A stretch of 64,000 bases of DNA, taken from positions 124,001 through 188,000 of the IMG/VR virus record IMGVR_UViG_3300045961_000282, one strand, 5' to 3'. Of this stretch, positions 55,305 to 63,623 are shown one piece after another. Under the pieces are notes generated by a model. That model had not been told where the DNA came from and made no database searches. It saw only the letters and a program-made list of their open reading frames with translations. A program made the position numbers and the translations under genes. Numbering within the stretch: the first letter of the stretch is position 1; each line of letters begins with the position of its first letter.

Positions 55305-55867
55305 CCCGCCGCCTGAGCGAGTTCGCCAGCAACGGCGCCAACCGCTCGTGGAAGGTCGAGGACGACGGGCGGACCACGACGGTCACCCTGTGGACCATCG
55401 CGCTGCACGAGCCGACGTGTCGGTTCGCCAAGACCAACAGCCGCGGCGGGCCGTATCAGGTCCACGACTACCTGCCCAACTACGGGCAGGACAACCTGAA
55501 CTGGCTCAAGGTGCGCGGCGTGGACGGCCCGGCAGCCAGCGACCGCACCGTCGCGTGGACCGGCTGCAAGGTGTGCGGCACCGCCTCCATTCCCCGCGCT
55601 GAGTGGGGGGCGATGGTCGACGTCATGCGCGACGAGTGGGCCGAGGCCGACCGCCGCGAGCGGCTCGAGTACGCGGCCAAGCGAGCCGTCGAGGATGCCC
55701 GCGACGCCCGCAACCGCTACATCGCTGAGGCCGAGGCCGATGCCTACGACGCGGAGTTCCGCGACACAGTGGAGGCCCGCATGGCCGTGGTCCGTGCTGC
55801 CGCCCGCGCCAAGTGGGAGGCCGACAACGCCGAACTGGCGATGCTGCTGGGGGGCGACCATGCGTGA
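55301..55867 (+). CDS. hypothetical protein (Cys/His motifs, coiled-coil tail)
   Basis: GTGA overlap. Confidence 0.6.
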   Translation: MTRRLSEFASNGANRSWKVEDDGRTTTVTLWTIALHEPTCRFAKTNSRGGPYQVHDYLPNYGQDNLNWLKVRGVDGPAASDRTVAWTGCKVCGTASIPRAEWGAMVDVMRDEWAEADRRERLEYAAKRAVEDARDARNRYIAEAEADAYDAEFRDTVEARMAVVRAAARAKWEADNAELAMLLGGDHA

Positions 55868-56060
55868 GCGCCCCGGCCCGTCGTGGCCGTCGTTCTCCTT
55901 CGGCCTGCTGGTGCTGGTCGCCCTGCTCGTCACGGCGATGTACCGCGCTGAGCAGCGGCACCTGACCGAGACCCGCGACATGTGTCTGGCCGCAGCGGAC
56001 ACCGAGTACCAGAAGGACTCGTGCATCCGCGAGTACGAGATCAACTCCGGCTGGTTCTGA
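55860..56060 (+). CDS. small membrane protein
   Basis: TM helix; overlaps the previous stop. Confidence 0.55.
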   Translation: MRERPGPSWPSFSFGLLVLVALLVTAMYRAEQRHLTETRDMCLAAADTEYQKDSCIREYEINSGWF

Positions 56061-56118
56061 GTCCCGACGGGGATTTGACAGAACCGACGGGGAGCGCATA
56101 TGCTTTTACTAGAAGCGG

Positions 56119-56190
56119 ATCCGAGAGCGCAGGTTGAGCCGGACGGTCTCCAAAACCGTCTTCGTGAGAGTTCGAATCTCTCCTCGGGTG
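56119..56190 (+). tRNA. trnW: tRNA-Trp(CCA), short atypical D-arm, no encoded CCA
   Basis: Acceptor ATCCGAG/CTCGGGT, G73, anticodon arm ACGGT-CTCCAAA-ACCGT, T-arm GAGAG-TTCGAAT-CTCTC; TTGACA/TATGCT promoter. Confidence 0.8.
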
Positions 56191-56325
56191 CTGGCGCGAG
56201 TCAGGCGCGGAATCGGCAGCGAATGAGTCTGCAACGGCGCTGAAAGCCGAGAAAAGGGTCCCCTCGACCGCAGACCGGGGGGACCTGCCTGACACCACCA
56301 TCACCATCACGACGAAAGGAGCGAC

Positions 56326-56529
56326 ATGATGAAGGTCACGCACGGGATCCCCGTGCTCAACGGCAGGATCGAACTGAGCATCGACGAGTTCGACGGCACG
56401 CCGATCATCAAGATCCGCAGCGATGAGGACTGCTGCGACGACCAGACCATCCTGCACCTGAACGACAGTCAGGCTCGAATCCTGCTGGCGAGCCTGCGGA
56501 TGGCGCTGCGCGACCTGAAGGAGGGCTGA
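56326..56529 (+). CDS. hypothetical protein
   Basis: Leader and RBS. Confidence 0.6.
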   Translation: MMKVTHGIPVLNGRIELSIDEFDGTPIIKIRSDEDCCDDQTILHLNDSQARILLASLRMALRDLKEG

Positions 56530-56532
56530 GCA

Positions 56533-57141
56533 GTGGGTCAGTATTGGACCCCTGTGCTGAGTTCCGCCGCGTCCGCCGCCGACTTCACCGAGCGCATCGA
56601 CGGCTGGGCCTACTCCCACGACTGGAAGAACGGCCTCAAACTCATGGAGCACTCATGGGTCGGCAACAAGTTCGTGGACGCCATCGTGCGCGATCTGGTG
56701 TCCCGCCCGCGGCGCCTCGTGTGGGCGGGCGACTACGCAGACCCTGAGCCGGGCGTGCTCGTCAACGGAGATCTCGCGACCCTGTACCACTACGTCTACG
56801 AGACGGTGCACCTCGCGCCGTACCAGATCAAGCCCGCCGACCACGACAGGGTCTACCCGGCGCGCTATCTGGTCAATCACGACCTGAAGGTGTTCGTGGA
56901 CATGAAGAACCTGCCCGAGGACCGCGAGGGCTGGCAGATCCACCCGCTGCCGCTGCTGACCGCCGAAGGCAACGGGCGCGGCGGCGGCGACTTCGGCGGT
57001 CATGGCGGGCGGCACTCCAAGGATGCGGTCGGCTCATGGGCGCGCCACGAGATCAGCGTGCTCCCTGCGTCATCGTGGAAGCGCTTCGAGAGCCTGAAGC
57101 GCATGGGGTACGCCGAGGTCGTCCCCGAGTTCATGGAGTAA
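56533..57141 (+). CDS. conserved phage hypothetical protein
   Basis: MGQY, GLKLMEHSWVGN.FV, VWAGDYAD, HPLPLLTAEGNGRGGGD. Confidence 0.75.
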   Translation: MGQYWTPVLSSAASAADFTERIDGWAYSHDWKNGLKLMEHSWVGNKFVDAIVRDLVSRPRRLVWAGDYADPEPGVLVNGDLATLYHYVYETVHLAPYQIKPADHDRVYPARYLVNHDLKVFVDMKNLPEDREGWQIHPLPLLTAEGNGRGGGDFGGHGGRHSKDAVGSWARHEISVLPASSWKRFESLKRMGYAEVVPEFME

Positions 57142-57357
57142 TCCCCCGAACAAGAACCCCCGGCGTGCCCCTCGCGTCGGGGGTTCTTCGTGTGTACGCG
57201 CGCGCGACCGGCGGCTCGAGGTGAGGCTATGACTTTCTCGAGCCTCCTCCGGTGGGCCGTATGGTTCGCCCCGTTCCCTCGATTTGTTACGTTCCGAATC
57301 CACGTGCTATGCTTGGGGCAACACCGCACCACCACCACTACGACGAAAGGACTTCTC

Positions 57358-57666
57358 ATGGCACTCACCACCCTGCACACCGAGTACGGTCGGATGGACC
57401 AGTCGCTCGTGATGACCACCGTGGCCCGCCGCTCGGACGACAAGCGCTTCCGCGTGCGGATCAGGCGCAACGCCTACGACCACCAGAGCCACGCCATCGC
57501 TGAGGTCTGGACGGCCAACGGCTGGACCGAGGTCACCCGGCGGCTGGACTTCGCCTCCCTGAAGGTGGCGGAGTTCTCCTACGTCCACAAGGGCGAGACG
57601 TGGCACTACGCCGCAGACACCGACGCCCGCGCCCTCATGAAACTCGCGATGGAGTTGGTCCCGTGA
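57358..57666 (+). CDS. hypothetical protein
   Basis: Leader and RBS; NAYD.QS.A.AEVW. Confidence 0.7.
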   Translation: MALTTLHTEYGRMDQSLVMTTVARRSDDKRFRVRIRRNAYDHQSHAIAEVWTANGWTEVTRRLDFASLKVAEFSYVHKGETWHYAADTDARALMKLAMELVP

Positions 57667-57890
57667 CGCCCGATGAACTGTTGCAGCGGATCAACTACCC
57701 CCTGCTGCGCCAGCAGCGGGCCACCCTGAGCCAGATCATCGACGTCCTCGACGAGGCCGACCAGAACCCCGCAGCGATGGAGGCGGCGGTCAACCTGACC
57801 GGCCTGCGCTCCCTGATCTACGCGATCATGGACGTGGCCGACGACGCGGGCTACATGCCCGAGGACGACGATTTGGCGGACTCCGCATAG
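57663..57890 (+). CDS. hypothetical protein
   Basis: GTGA overlap. Confidence 0.6.
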   Translation: MTPDELLQRINYPLLRQQRATLSQIIDVLDEADQNPAAMEAAVNLTGLRSLIYAIMDVADDAGYMPEDDDLADSA

Positions 57891-57939
57891 CCGTGCTATG
57901 CTTCTGCTACCACCACAACAACGACGAAAGGAAGCGACT

Positions 57940-58383
57940 ATGACCTTCACGATCAAGAATGTCCGCGACACGGCGGGCGGGGCGTACTCGTTCTCGCTCT
58001 ACGAGGACGGCGAGCGCGTCGCCGTCATCACCAACGACGGGCGCGGCGGGCCTGACAACATCGAGCCCGTCCTGACCGAGGGCAAGGTCTGGCGCGATGA
58101 GGTCGCCCGCTTGGAGGCCACGCTGACCGCGTGGGCCGAGGCCGTCGTGCCCGAGTGGTACCTGACCGACCACGGCAACTACCCGCGCCTGACCCCCAGT
58201 TGGGAGTTGGCTCTGGGCTACCTGAGCGAGTCGGCGGAGTACGACCGCATGGCCCGCACCGCCGGGCCGGGGCGCTACCTGCTCCGCCTGCCCGACGGGC
58301 GCATGGGCTACGGCCTGCCCAACCACCCCAGCAACCGCGCTGCGCTGCGCTGGGAGGCAGGGGATTGGATTCCCGCCGCCTGA
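57940..58383 (+). CDS. hypothetical protein
   Basis: Leader and RBS; NDGRGG motif. Confidence 0.7.
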   Translation: MTFTIKNVRDTAGGAYSFSLYEDGERVAVITNDGRGGPDNIEPVLTEGKVWRDEVARLEATLTAWAEAVVPEWYLTDHGNYPRLTPSWELALGYLSESAEYDRMARTAGPGRYLLRLPDGRMGYGLPNHPSNRAALRWEAGDWIPAA

Positions 58384-58475
58384 CCATCGTGACCCCCGTC
58401 GGGTTGATTTGACAGATTGATCCGACGGGGATTGTGATTCCATCACCACCACAACAACGACAGAAAGGAACCGAC

Positions 58476-58940
58476 ATGCTGAACCCCATCGTGCTCGACG
58501 AGGCCGCGCTGCGTGCCCGCTTCGAGCAGACCGACGACTACGACGGCTTCTCGGAGTTCGACCCGATCAACTCGGGGGAGTTCGACTCCATGCTGGTCGC
58601 CATCATGACCGCGGTCAACGAGGCGCTGCCGGTGACCAACGCCGACCGGGCAGGCACCCGCCAGCACCCGTGGAGCAACTCGCTCGACCCGGTGCTGCCC
58701 ACCGAGAGCATCGACGTGTGCCTGATCGCTGACCTCGACGGCACGGTCGCTGGGTACATGTGGACCTACGACCTGTACGGCGCGCGACGCCTGTCGCTGG
58801 CCACCGGCTTCACGGAGTGGAAGAACATGCAACCCGAGGGCGAGGGCATCGACGCCTGCGTCGAGATCGCGAAGATCGTGATCGGCCACGTCAACCGCGC
58901 CATCGCCGACTTCACCGAGTTCGTCGGGGGTGCCAAGTGA
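58476..58940 (+). CDS. hypothetical protein
   Basis: Hairpin promoter, leader, RBS. Confidence 0.65.
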   Translation: MLNPIVLDEAALRARFEQTDDYDGFSEFDPINSGEFDSMLVAIMTAVNEALPVTNADRAGTRQHPWSNSLDPVLPTESIDVCLIADLDGTVAGYMWTYDLYGARRLSLATGFTEWKNMQPEGEGIDACVEIAKIVIGHVNRAIADFTEFVGGAK

Positions 58941-59497
58941 CCGAGATCATCGAGCGCGTGCTCGTGTCCGAGGGCTCGACGCTGACCGTGTGCGACCCCT
59001 GCTACCTGATCGACAGGTCCGATCCGAACGACCGGCTGGTCTACGGCCACACCGAGGCCCTGCCCGACCACGGACCGTTCGCCCTGTCGGCGATCACCGA
59101 GGCGCCGCTGCACCCCGGAACGTGGGAGGTCTACGCCCACGAGGCCGTGGAGGGTGGATGGGGACCGCGCATCTGGCACGCCGGGCTGCGTATGGTTCGC
59201 CCCCCGGCGGCGGACGACGCGACGACCACCGAGCAGGGCGTCGATGCGGGGATGGTTGGCTTCTTCGTCAACCGCCCCCGCATGACGTACAACGACACGT
59301 GGACCACCGACGACGGGGCGACCACGCTGGAACTGACCCGTCTGTTCCAGAAGGGTCACACCTTCGCGTGGATCACCGACTCGGGCTACGGCGACGGCGC
59401 CTACCCGGTCACGGCCATCTGGTCGCAGGGCCGGATCATTCAGGTCGAAGCCACCTACATCGGCTTCGACGGGGATGACGATAACGACGGGATTTGA
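58937..59497 (+). CDS. DUF4241-like protein
   Basis: DPCY, GVDAGM.GFF, SGYGDG.YPV. Confidence 0.6.
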   Translation: MTEIIERVLVSEGSTLTVCDPCYLIDRSDPNDRLVYGHTEALPDHGPFALSAITEAPLHPGTWEVYAHEAVEGGWGPRIWHAGLRMVRPPAADDATTTEQGVDAGMVGFFVNRPRMTYNDTWTTDDGATTLELTRLFQKGHTFAWITDSGYGDGAYPVTAIWSQGRIIQVEATYIGFDGDDDNDGI

Positions 59498-59557
59498 CCT
59501 AGATCCGACGGGGATGCTAGGCTTCTACCAACACCACCACAACAGGAAGGAACAGCC

Positions 59558-59827
59558 ATGCAGAAGATCATCTACGGGACCGACACGGGTTCCATCGAGG
59601 CATACGACCAATGCGTCGTGCTGCTCGTCTCCGACGACGCCGCGATGGACGACCTCATGGAGGGGGCCGATCCCGACATGCTGGAGGGCGTCACCGAGCA
59701 GAGCCTCGTGACGTGGGAGGACGTGCGCGACGCGCTCGTCCTCGCCATGCGGGCCGAGGGCATCGACCCCGTGACGCAGGCCAAGGTCGTGCTCACAGTT
59801 CTCGACGCAATCGACAACAACGACTGA
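59558..59827 (+). CDS. acidic hypothetical protein
   Basis: Promoter, leader, RBS. Confidence 0.6.
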   Translation: MQKIIYGTDTGSIEAYDQCVVLLVSDDAAMDDLMEGADPDMLEGVTEQSLVTWEDVRDALVLAMRAEGIDPVTQAKVVLTVLDAIDNND

Positions 59828-59836
59828 GGGGGAACC

Positions 59837-59992
59837 ATGGCGACATACCTTCGTGAGGACGACGGCTCGCTGAGCCTGCTGTCGAGGACCTTCCCCATGG
59901 GCAAGTCCGAGTTCGTCTGCTGCGTCCGCGAGGACGGCACGGTCATCATCGCCGCGCCCGAGGATGTGTTGGAGAAGGAGGACGTGGCATGA
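59837..59992 (+). CDS. 51-aa hypothetical protein
   Basis: RBS; ATGA overlap with the next ORF. Confidence 0.5.
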   Translation: MATYLREDDGSLSLLSRTFPMGKSEFVCCVREDGTVIIAAPEDVLEKEDVA

Positions 59993-60141
59993 GCGACAAG
60001 ATCAAGGTCGAGTACGCGGATGGCACCACGGGCGAGTTGTCCGTGCCGTCCGGTCCGCCGGACCGCAGCGCGTTCGATGCGGTCATGAGCATGTTCGGCG
60101 CGCTCGGCGCGTTCGATGTCATCCGCGAGGAGGAGGAGTGA
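59989..60141 (+). CDS. 50-aa hypothetical protein
   Basis: Overlap chain. Confidence 0.5.
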   Translation: MSDKIKVEYADGTTGELSVPSGPPDRSAFDAVMSMFGALGAFDVIREEEE

Positions 60142-60326
60142 GCGAGTACCGAACCCTTGGGTTCTACCTGCGGCTCGACTTCGCGCCCGACGGCGTGCTG
60201 GCGCGGCTGTTCGACATTGACGACGTGAGCGAGTCCGACCCGCTGGCCGAGGCCACCGGACCCACCGCTGACGCGGCGGTCGCCGAACTGGTCAGCACCA
60301 TCACCTTCGACACCACCGACTTGTAG
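60138..60326 (+). CDS. 62-aa hypothetical protein
   Basis: GTGA overlap. Confidence 0.5.
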   Translation: MSEYRTLGFYLRLDFAPDGVLARLFDIDDVSESDPLAEATGPTADAAVAELVSTITFDTTDL

Positions 60327-60337
60327 AGAGGAACGAC

Positions 60338-60601
60338 ATGACCACCAACGACGACAAGGGGCCGATCAACCTCGTGTGTCCCCGCTGCTCGAGGTTTGTC
60401 CCCAACAACGAGACGCCCGGCGCCTACCCCGGCGCGATGACCCGGTGGGGTGGCCGTCAGATCGAGATCTGCTCGCAGTGCGGGCAGGACGAGGCGATGG
60501 CCCAGTTCACCGTCATCGGCACGAACACCGACCCCATGCTGGTCGTCCACCCGACCAAGGGCGTGCGCCCGTGGGACAACCCGCCCAAGGGGCTGACGTG
60601 A
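60338..60601 (+). CDS. zinc-binding protein
   Basis: CPRC..PGA..R....ICSQCGQDEA. Confidence 0.65.
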   Translation: MTTNDDKGPINLVCPRCSRFVPNNETPGAYPGAMTRWGGRQIEICSQCGQDEAMAQFTVIGTNTDPMLVVHPTKGVRPWDNPPKGLT

Positions 60602-60834
60602 TGCCGTGGACCGTCATCTCCTATGACGACGACACCGGGCAGGTGATGGGCGACTGGGTGATGGCGCAGGACCAGTGGGAGGCGTTCGCCGTCGCGCGAG
60701 GCATGCGCAGCGACGTTCTCACCTTCATCACCTTCGTCGCTGCCGTGCCGGGCCACGTCACGGTCGACCCGCCCACGGAGACGGGCGTCGTCTGCGCCGC
60801 CGTGGACTACCCGGATTGGACAGTACCCGCCTAG
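60601..60834 (+). CDS. hypothetical protein
   Basis: TGATG overlap. Confidence 0.55.
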   Translation: MPWTVISYDDDTGQVMGDWVMAQDQWEAFAVARGMRSDVLTFITFVAAVPGHVTVDPPTETGVVCAAVDYPDWTVPA

Positions 60835-60884
60835 GTGTTATACACTTGGGCTACCAACATCACCACTACGAAAGGAGAACGACG

Positions 60885-61277
60885 ATGCAAGCACGACTCA
60901 TCGACCACGACGTTCGCGCCCTCGCCGAGTTCGAGGGGGTGCGCGTCGAGACGGTGCGTACCTCGCGCGGCTACGACAACGGGTTCGAGGTTGATCGCGT
61001 CGAGGTGCACGCCTTCTGGTGCGCAGCCAACCCGCAGTGGGACGAGCCCGAGGGCTGGTCCGTTCGGGTCAACGTCAAGGGCTGGCCCCTGACGGCCAAG
61101 GGAACCCGCGACAAGCGGGTCAGCGATCGCACGCTCGTCCACGACGTGCCCTCGTGGCCCGAGGTCGTCCACGAGGCCGCCCGCGCTGCCTACGATCTGG
61201 CGCTGAGCCGGGGCATCGCGTGGCGGGAGGTCCTCGGCGACGACGGCCAGCCCGGCACCACCCTGACCCTGCTCTGA
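60885..61277 (+). CDS. hypothetical protein
   Basis: Leader and RBS. Confidence 0.65.
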   Translation: MQARLIDHDVRALAEFEGVRVETVRTSRGYDNGFEVDRVEVHAFWCAANPQWDEPEGWSVRVNVKGWPLTAKGTRDKRVSDRTLVHDVPSWPEVVHEAARAAYDLALSRGIAWREVLGDDGQPGTTLTLL

Positions 61278-61386
61278 CAGCGCAGGGGGCGGATTCGACA
61301 CGGGTCCGCTCCCTGTGCTAGGCTTCTACCAACACAACCACCACCTCTGCTAGAAAAACTGGCAGACCCAAGAAAGGAGCAAGATC

Positions 61387-62118
61387 ATCGGACTCGACAT
61401 CTACCTGCACAGCCGCGGCTACGCCGCCGCCTCCCGCAAGGAGGCTGCGCTCTGGGAGGACTGGAAGGAGGGTGACCCCCATCCGGAGGTCGCCTACCCC
61501 GAGGAGCCCGCCTCCCGCGCCAGCGCGCTGCACCCGGGCAACATCTGCACGCCGACCTACCTGCGCTCGTCCTACAACGAGGGCGGGTTCAATCGGGCGG
61601 TGCCGCGGTTCCTCAAGGACAACGGCACGTCGCTGTACGGCATCTTCGAGCCGCTGATCGGCGGCGAGGATGGCGAGTACCTGTTCGAGGTCACCGACCC
61701 CGGCAAGGTGCTCATGGTCCGCGACCGTGCCCGCGACGTGGCCAAGCGACTGCGTGCGCTGGAAGCGCCGCTGACCACGATGAAGTTCCGCAACTGGCAC
61801 AACCCGTCCATGTCGGAGTTCGATGCCATCGAGTGGACCGAGAAGAACCTCGACAAGGCGAAGAAGGGGACCACCGAGTTCGACAAGATGGCCTTCACGG
61901 CCAAGGAGGGCTTCTTCGACCCCACCGGGGTCAGGGTCCACGGTGTGACGTTCGACCCGAGCGGCGAGGTCATCCTCGTGATCCGCGCGGAGACGGACGG
62001 AAAGCCGTGGTCCACGTCCTACGCCGACTCCGCAGAGATCCTCGCTGAGGAGTTCTGCCAGACCATGCTCGACCTCATCGAGTCCGAGGGCGGCGCAACG
62101 CTCGTCTGGAGCGCCTAG
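61387..62118 (+). CDS. conserved-type phage protein (GLDIYL N-terminus) with an ATC start codon
   Basis: Frame open 213 nt upstream of the annotated GTG; AAGGAG RBS 7 nt before ATC-GGA-CTC-GAC-ATC-TAC-CTG. Confidence 0.6.
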   Translation: MGLDIYLHSRGYAAASRKEAALWEDWKEGDPHPEVAYPEEPASRASALHPGNICTPTYLRSSYNEGGFNRAVPRFLKDNGTSLYGIFEPLIGGEDGEYLFEVTDPGKVLMVRDRARDVAKRLRALEAPLTTMKFRNWHNPSMSEFDAIEWTEKNLDKAKKGTTEFDKMAFTAKEGFFDPTGVRVHGVTFDPSGEVILVIRAETDGKPWSTSYADSAEILAEEFCQTMLDLIESEGGATLVWSA

Positions 62119-62121
62119 GTC

Positions 62122-62317
62122 GTCGTGGTCCGCACGGGGCGCGCCTGACCCGGCGTCCGAGTACGGGAACTTCCATGCCTCGTCATGCCGCGCATGACGT
62201 GACGAGGTATCCCGTGCTCAACCTATCCGCCGGGCGAACGACGCCCTCGACGCCTCCCGTTGGACATGCGGGGCACGGCGGGGAAAGGGTGCATCCGGCC
62301 CCCGTGCGGACCACGAC
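62122..62317 (+). ncRNA. candidate structured RNA (18-bp terminal stem, two long internal arms, U-tract)
   Basis: gtcgtggtccgcacgggg / ccccgtgcggaccacgac perfect pairing; nested stems; followed by TTTT. Confidence 0.55.
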
Positions 62318-62385
62318 TTTTCTTGCACAGGATTCCTGTGCTAGGATTTGAATACAACCACCACAACGACACGAAAGGAATCACA

Positions 62386-62592
62386 ATGACCACCATGAAT
62401 GTGACCCGCGAGCCCCTGCTCACGAAGGCGGACCGCTGCGAGGCCTGTGCTGCCGCTGCGATGGTGCGCGTGCGCACCGAGAACCTCGGCGTCTGGCTGT
62501 TCTGCGGCTCGCACTGGGACCGCAGCAAGGACGCCCTGCCCGGCGTGGTGCACGTCCACGACGAGCGCAACCCCTTGGGGGTGCGGTCATGA
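62386..62592 (+). CDS. small actinobacterial zinc-binding protein (DUF7455-like)
   Basis: LTKADRCEACAAAAMVRV..LFCGSH. Confidence 0.7.
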   Translation: MTTMNVTREPLLTKADRCEACAAAAMVRVRTENLGVWLFCGSHWDRSKDALPGVVHVHDERNPLGVRS

Positions 62593-62942
62593 TCCCGTTC
62601 TCGGTCGCCCGCGGGGCGGCCCAGTTCGTCATCGACCTCGTTGTCGTGGCCAACGAACTGCGCAAGCAGGACAACGAGCCTGAGCACGTCCACAAGTCCC
62701 TGACCCGCCACGAGGCCGGGCGCATCGGGCTGGAGATGGTCATGGTCATGCGGCAGTCCCGCGAGAACCCGGGCACCTTCCAGCCCATGATGCAGGCCAT
62801 CATGGACGACCTCGACTGCACCGAGCAGATCGTGGACGTGGCCATGTCGCTGGCGGGCATGGTCGCGGTTCTGGCCAAGGATGAGGACATGACCCGGTTC
62901 GGCGAGTTCATCCTTCGCCACGAAGTGCAGGAGATGCCATGA
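62589..62942 (+). CDS. hypothetical protein
   Basis: ATGA overlaps. Confidence 0.65.
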   Translation: MIPFSVARGAAQFVIDLVVVANELRKQDNEPEHVHKSLTRHEAGRIGLEMVMVMRQSRENPGTFQPMMQAIMDDLDCTEQIVDVAMSLAGMVAVLAKDEDMTRFGEFILRHEVQEMP

Positions 62943-63409
62943 GCGAGCGGCCCACGGCGGTGCAGATGCTGGAGCCCGCGCGCATCACGCGCGAGCGGGT
63001 GGAGCACTTCGTGCCCCAGATCCTGTACGTCCCGCGCAACGGCAGGCCACAGTTCGTCGCCGCCGATGGTGAGGGCTCTGCGCCCGAGGCTGTCGGCGCG
63101 GTGCTGGCCCAAGTGCGTGCGGCGCACGGCCCCGCCGAGTGGATCGCGGTGACTGTCGATGCCTACGCCAAGAACTTCGCTGAGGACCCCGGCTTCATCG
63201 CGCGCGGCGAACTCAGCGAGGCGTTCGCCGAAGGTGACCCCGCGGTGGTCGAGCAGATGATCGTCATTCTGGTCGACCGCTATAAGGGGGTCGAGGTCGC
63301 CTCGCAGAACTACCGCTACCTGCCCTCCGAGGGCTGGGAGTGGAGTGAGCCGGACACGCGGGGCGAGTTCGATGGCGACCTCATGAAGACCATCAAGTTC
63401 TACATGTAG
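62939..63409 (+). CDS. hypothetical protein
   Basis: ATGA overlap; GC3 bias. Confidence 0.65.
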   Translation: MSERPTAVQMLEPARITRERVEHFVPQILYVPRNGRPQFVAADGEGSAPEAVGAVLAQVRAAHGPAEWIAVTVDAYAKNFAEDPGFIARGELSEAFAEGDPAVVEQMIVILVDRYKGVEVASQNYRYLPSEGWEWSEPDTRGEFDGDLMKTIKFYM

Positions 63410-63551
63410 ATATCCCGAAACGTCCGCGCCTCGCGCGGAGCGCGCTTGTGGTGGGCGCGCGAAGGCCCCGAGCCGGGTTGAGTTTTCCTTTCCTCCCCGG
63501 CCTCGGGGCCTTCCCATGTCTCACGCGCCTACGCGCGCGCGACCGGTGTAG

Positions 63552-63623
63552 AGGCGGAAAAGAGAGTCGAACTCTTGTATGCAGATTTGCAGTCTGCCGC
63601 CTGTGCCGCTCGGCCATTCCGCC
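63552..63623 (-). tRNA. trnC: tRNA-Cys(GCA), no encoded CCA
   Basis: GGCGGAA/TTCCGCC acceptor, U73, GCAGA-CTGCAAA-TCTGC, AAGAG-TTCGACT-CTCTT. Confidence 0.93.

Larger units (their letters stand above)
47608..61324 (+). promoter_or_regulatory. family of sigma70-type promoters whose -35 sits in the loop of an 8-16 bp inverted repeat
   Basis: Copies at 47608, 48221, 49927, 51607, 54899, 58395 and 61278; 18-19 nt spacing between -35 and -10. Confidence 0.75.

Noticed and set aside
56190-56290. HDV-like (theta) or hammerhead ribozyme after tRNA-Trp
   Set aside because: A CGAA-type junction and several stems are present, but I could not build the P1/P2 nested pseudoknot or a hammerhead core.
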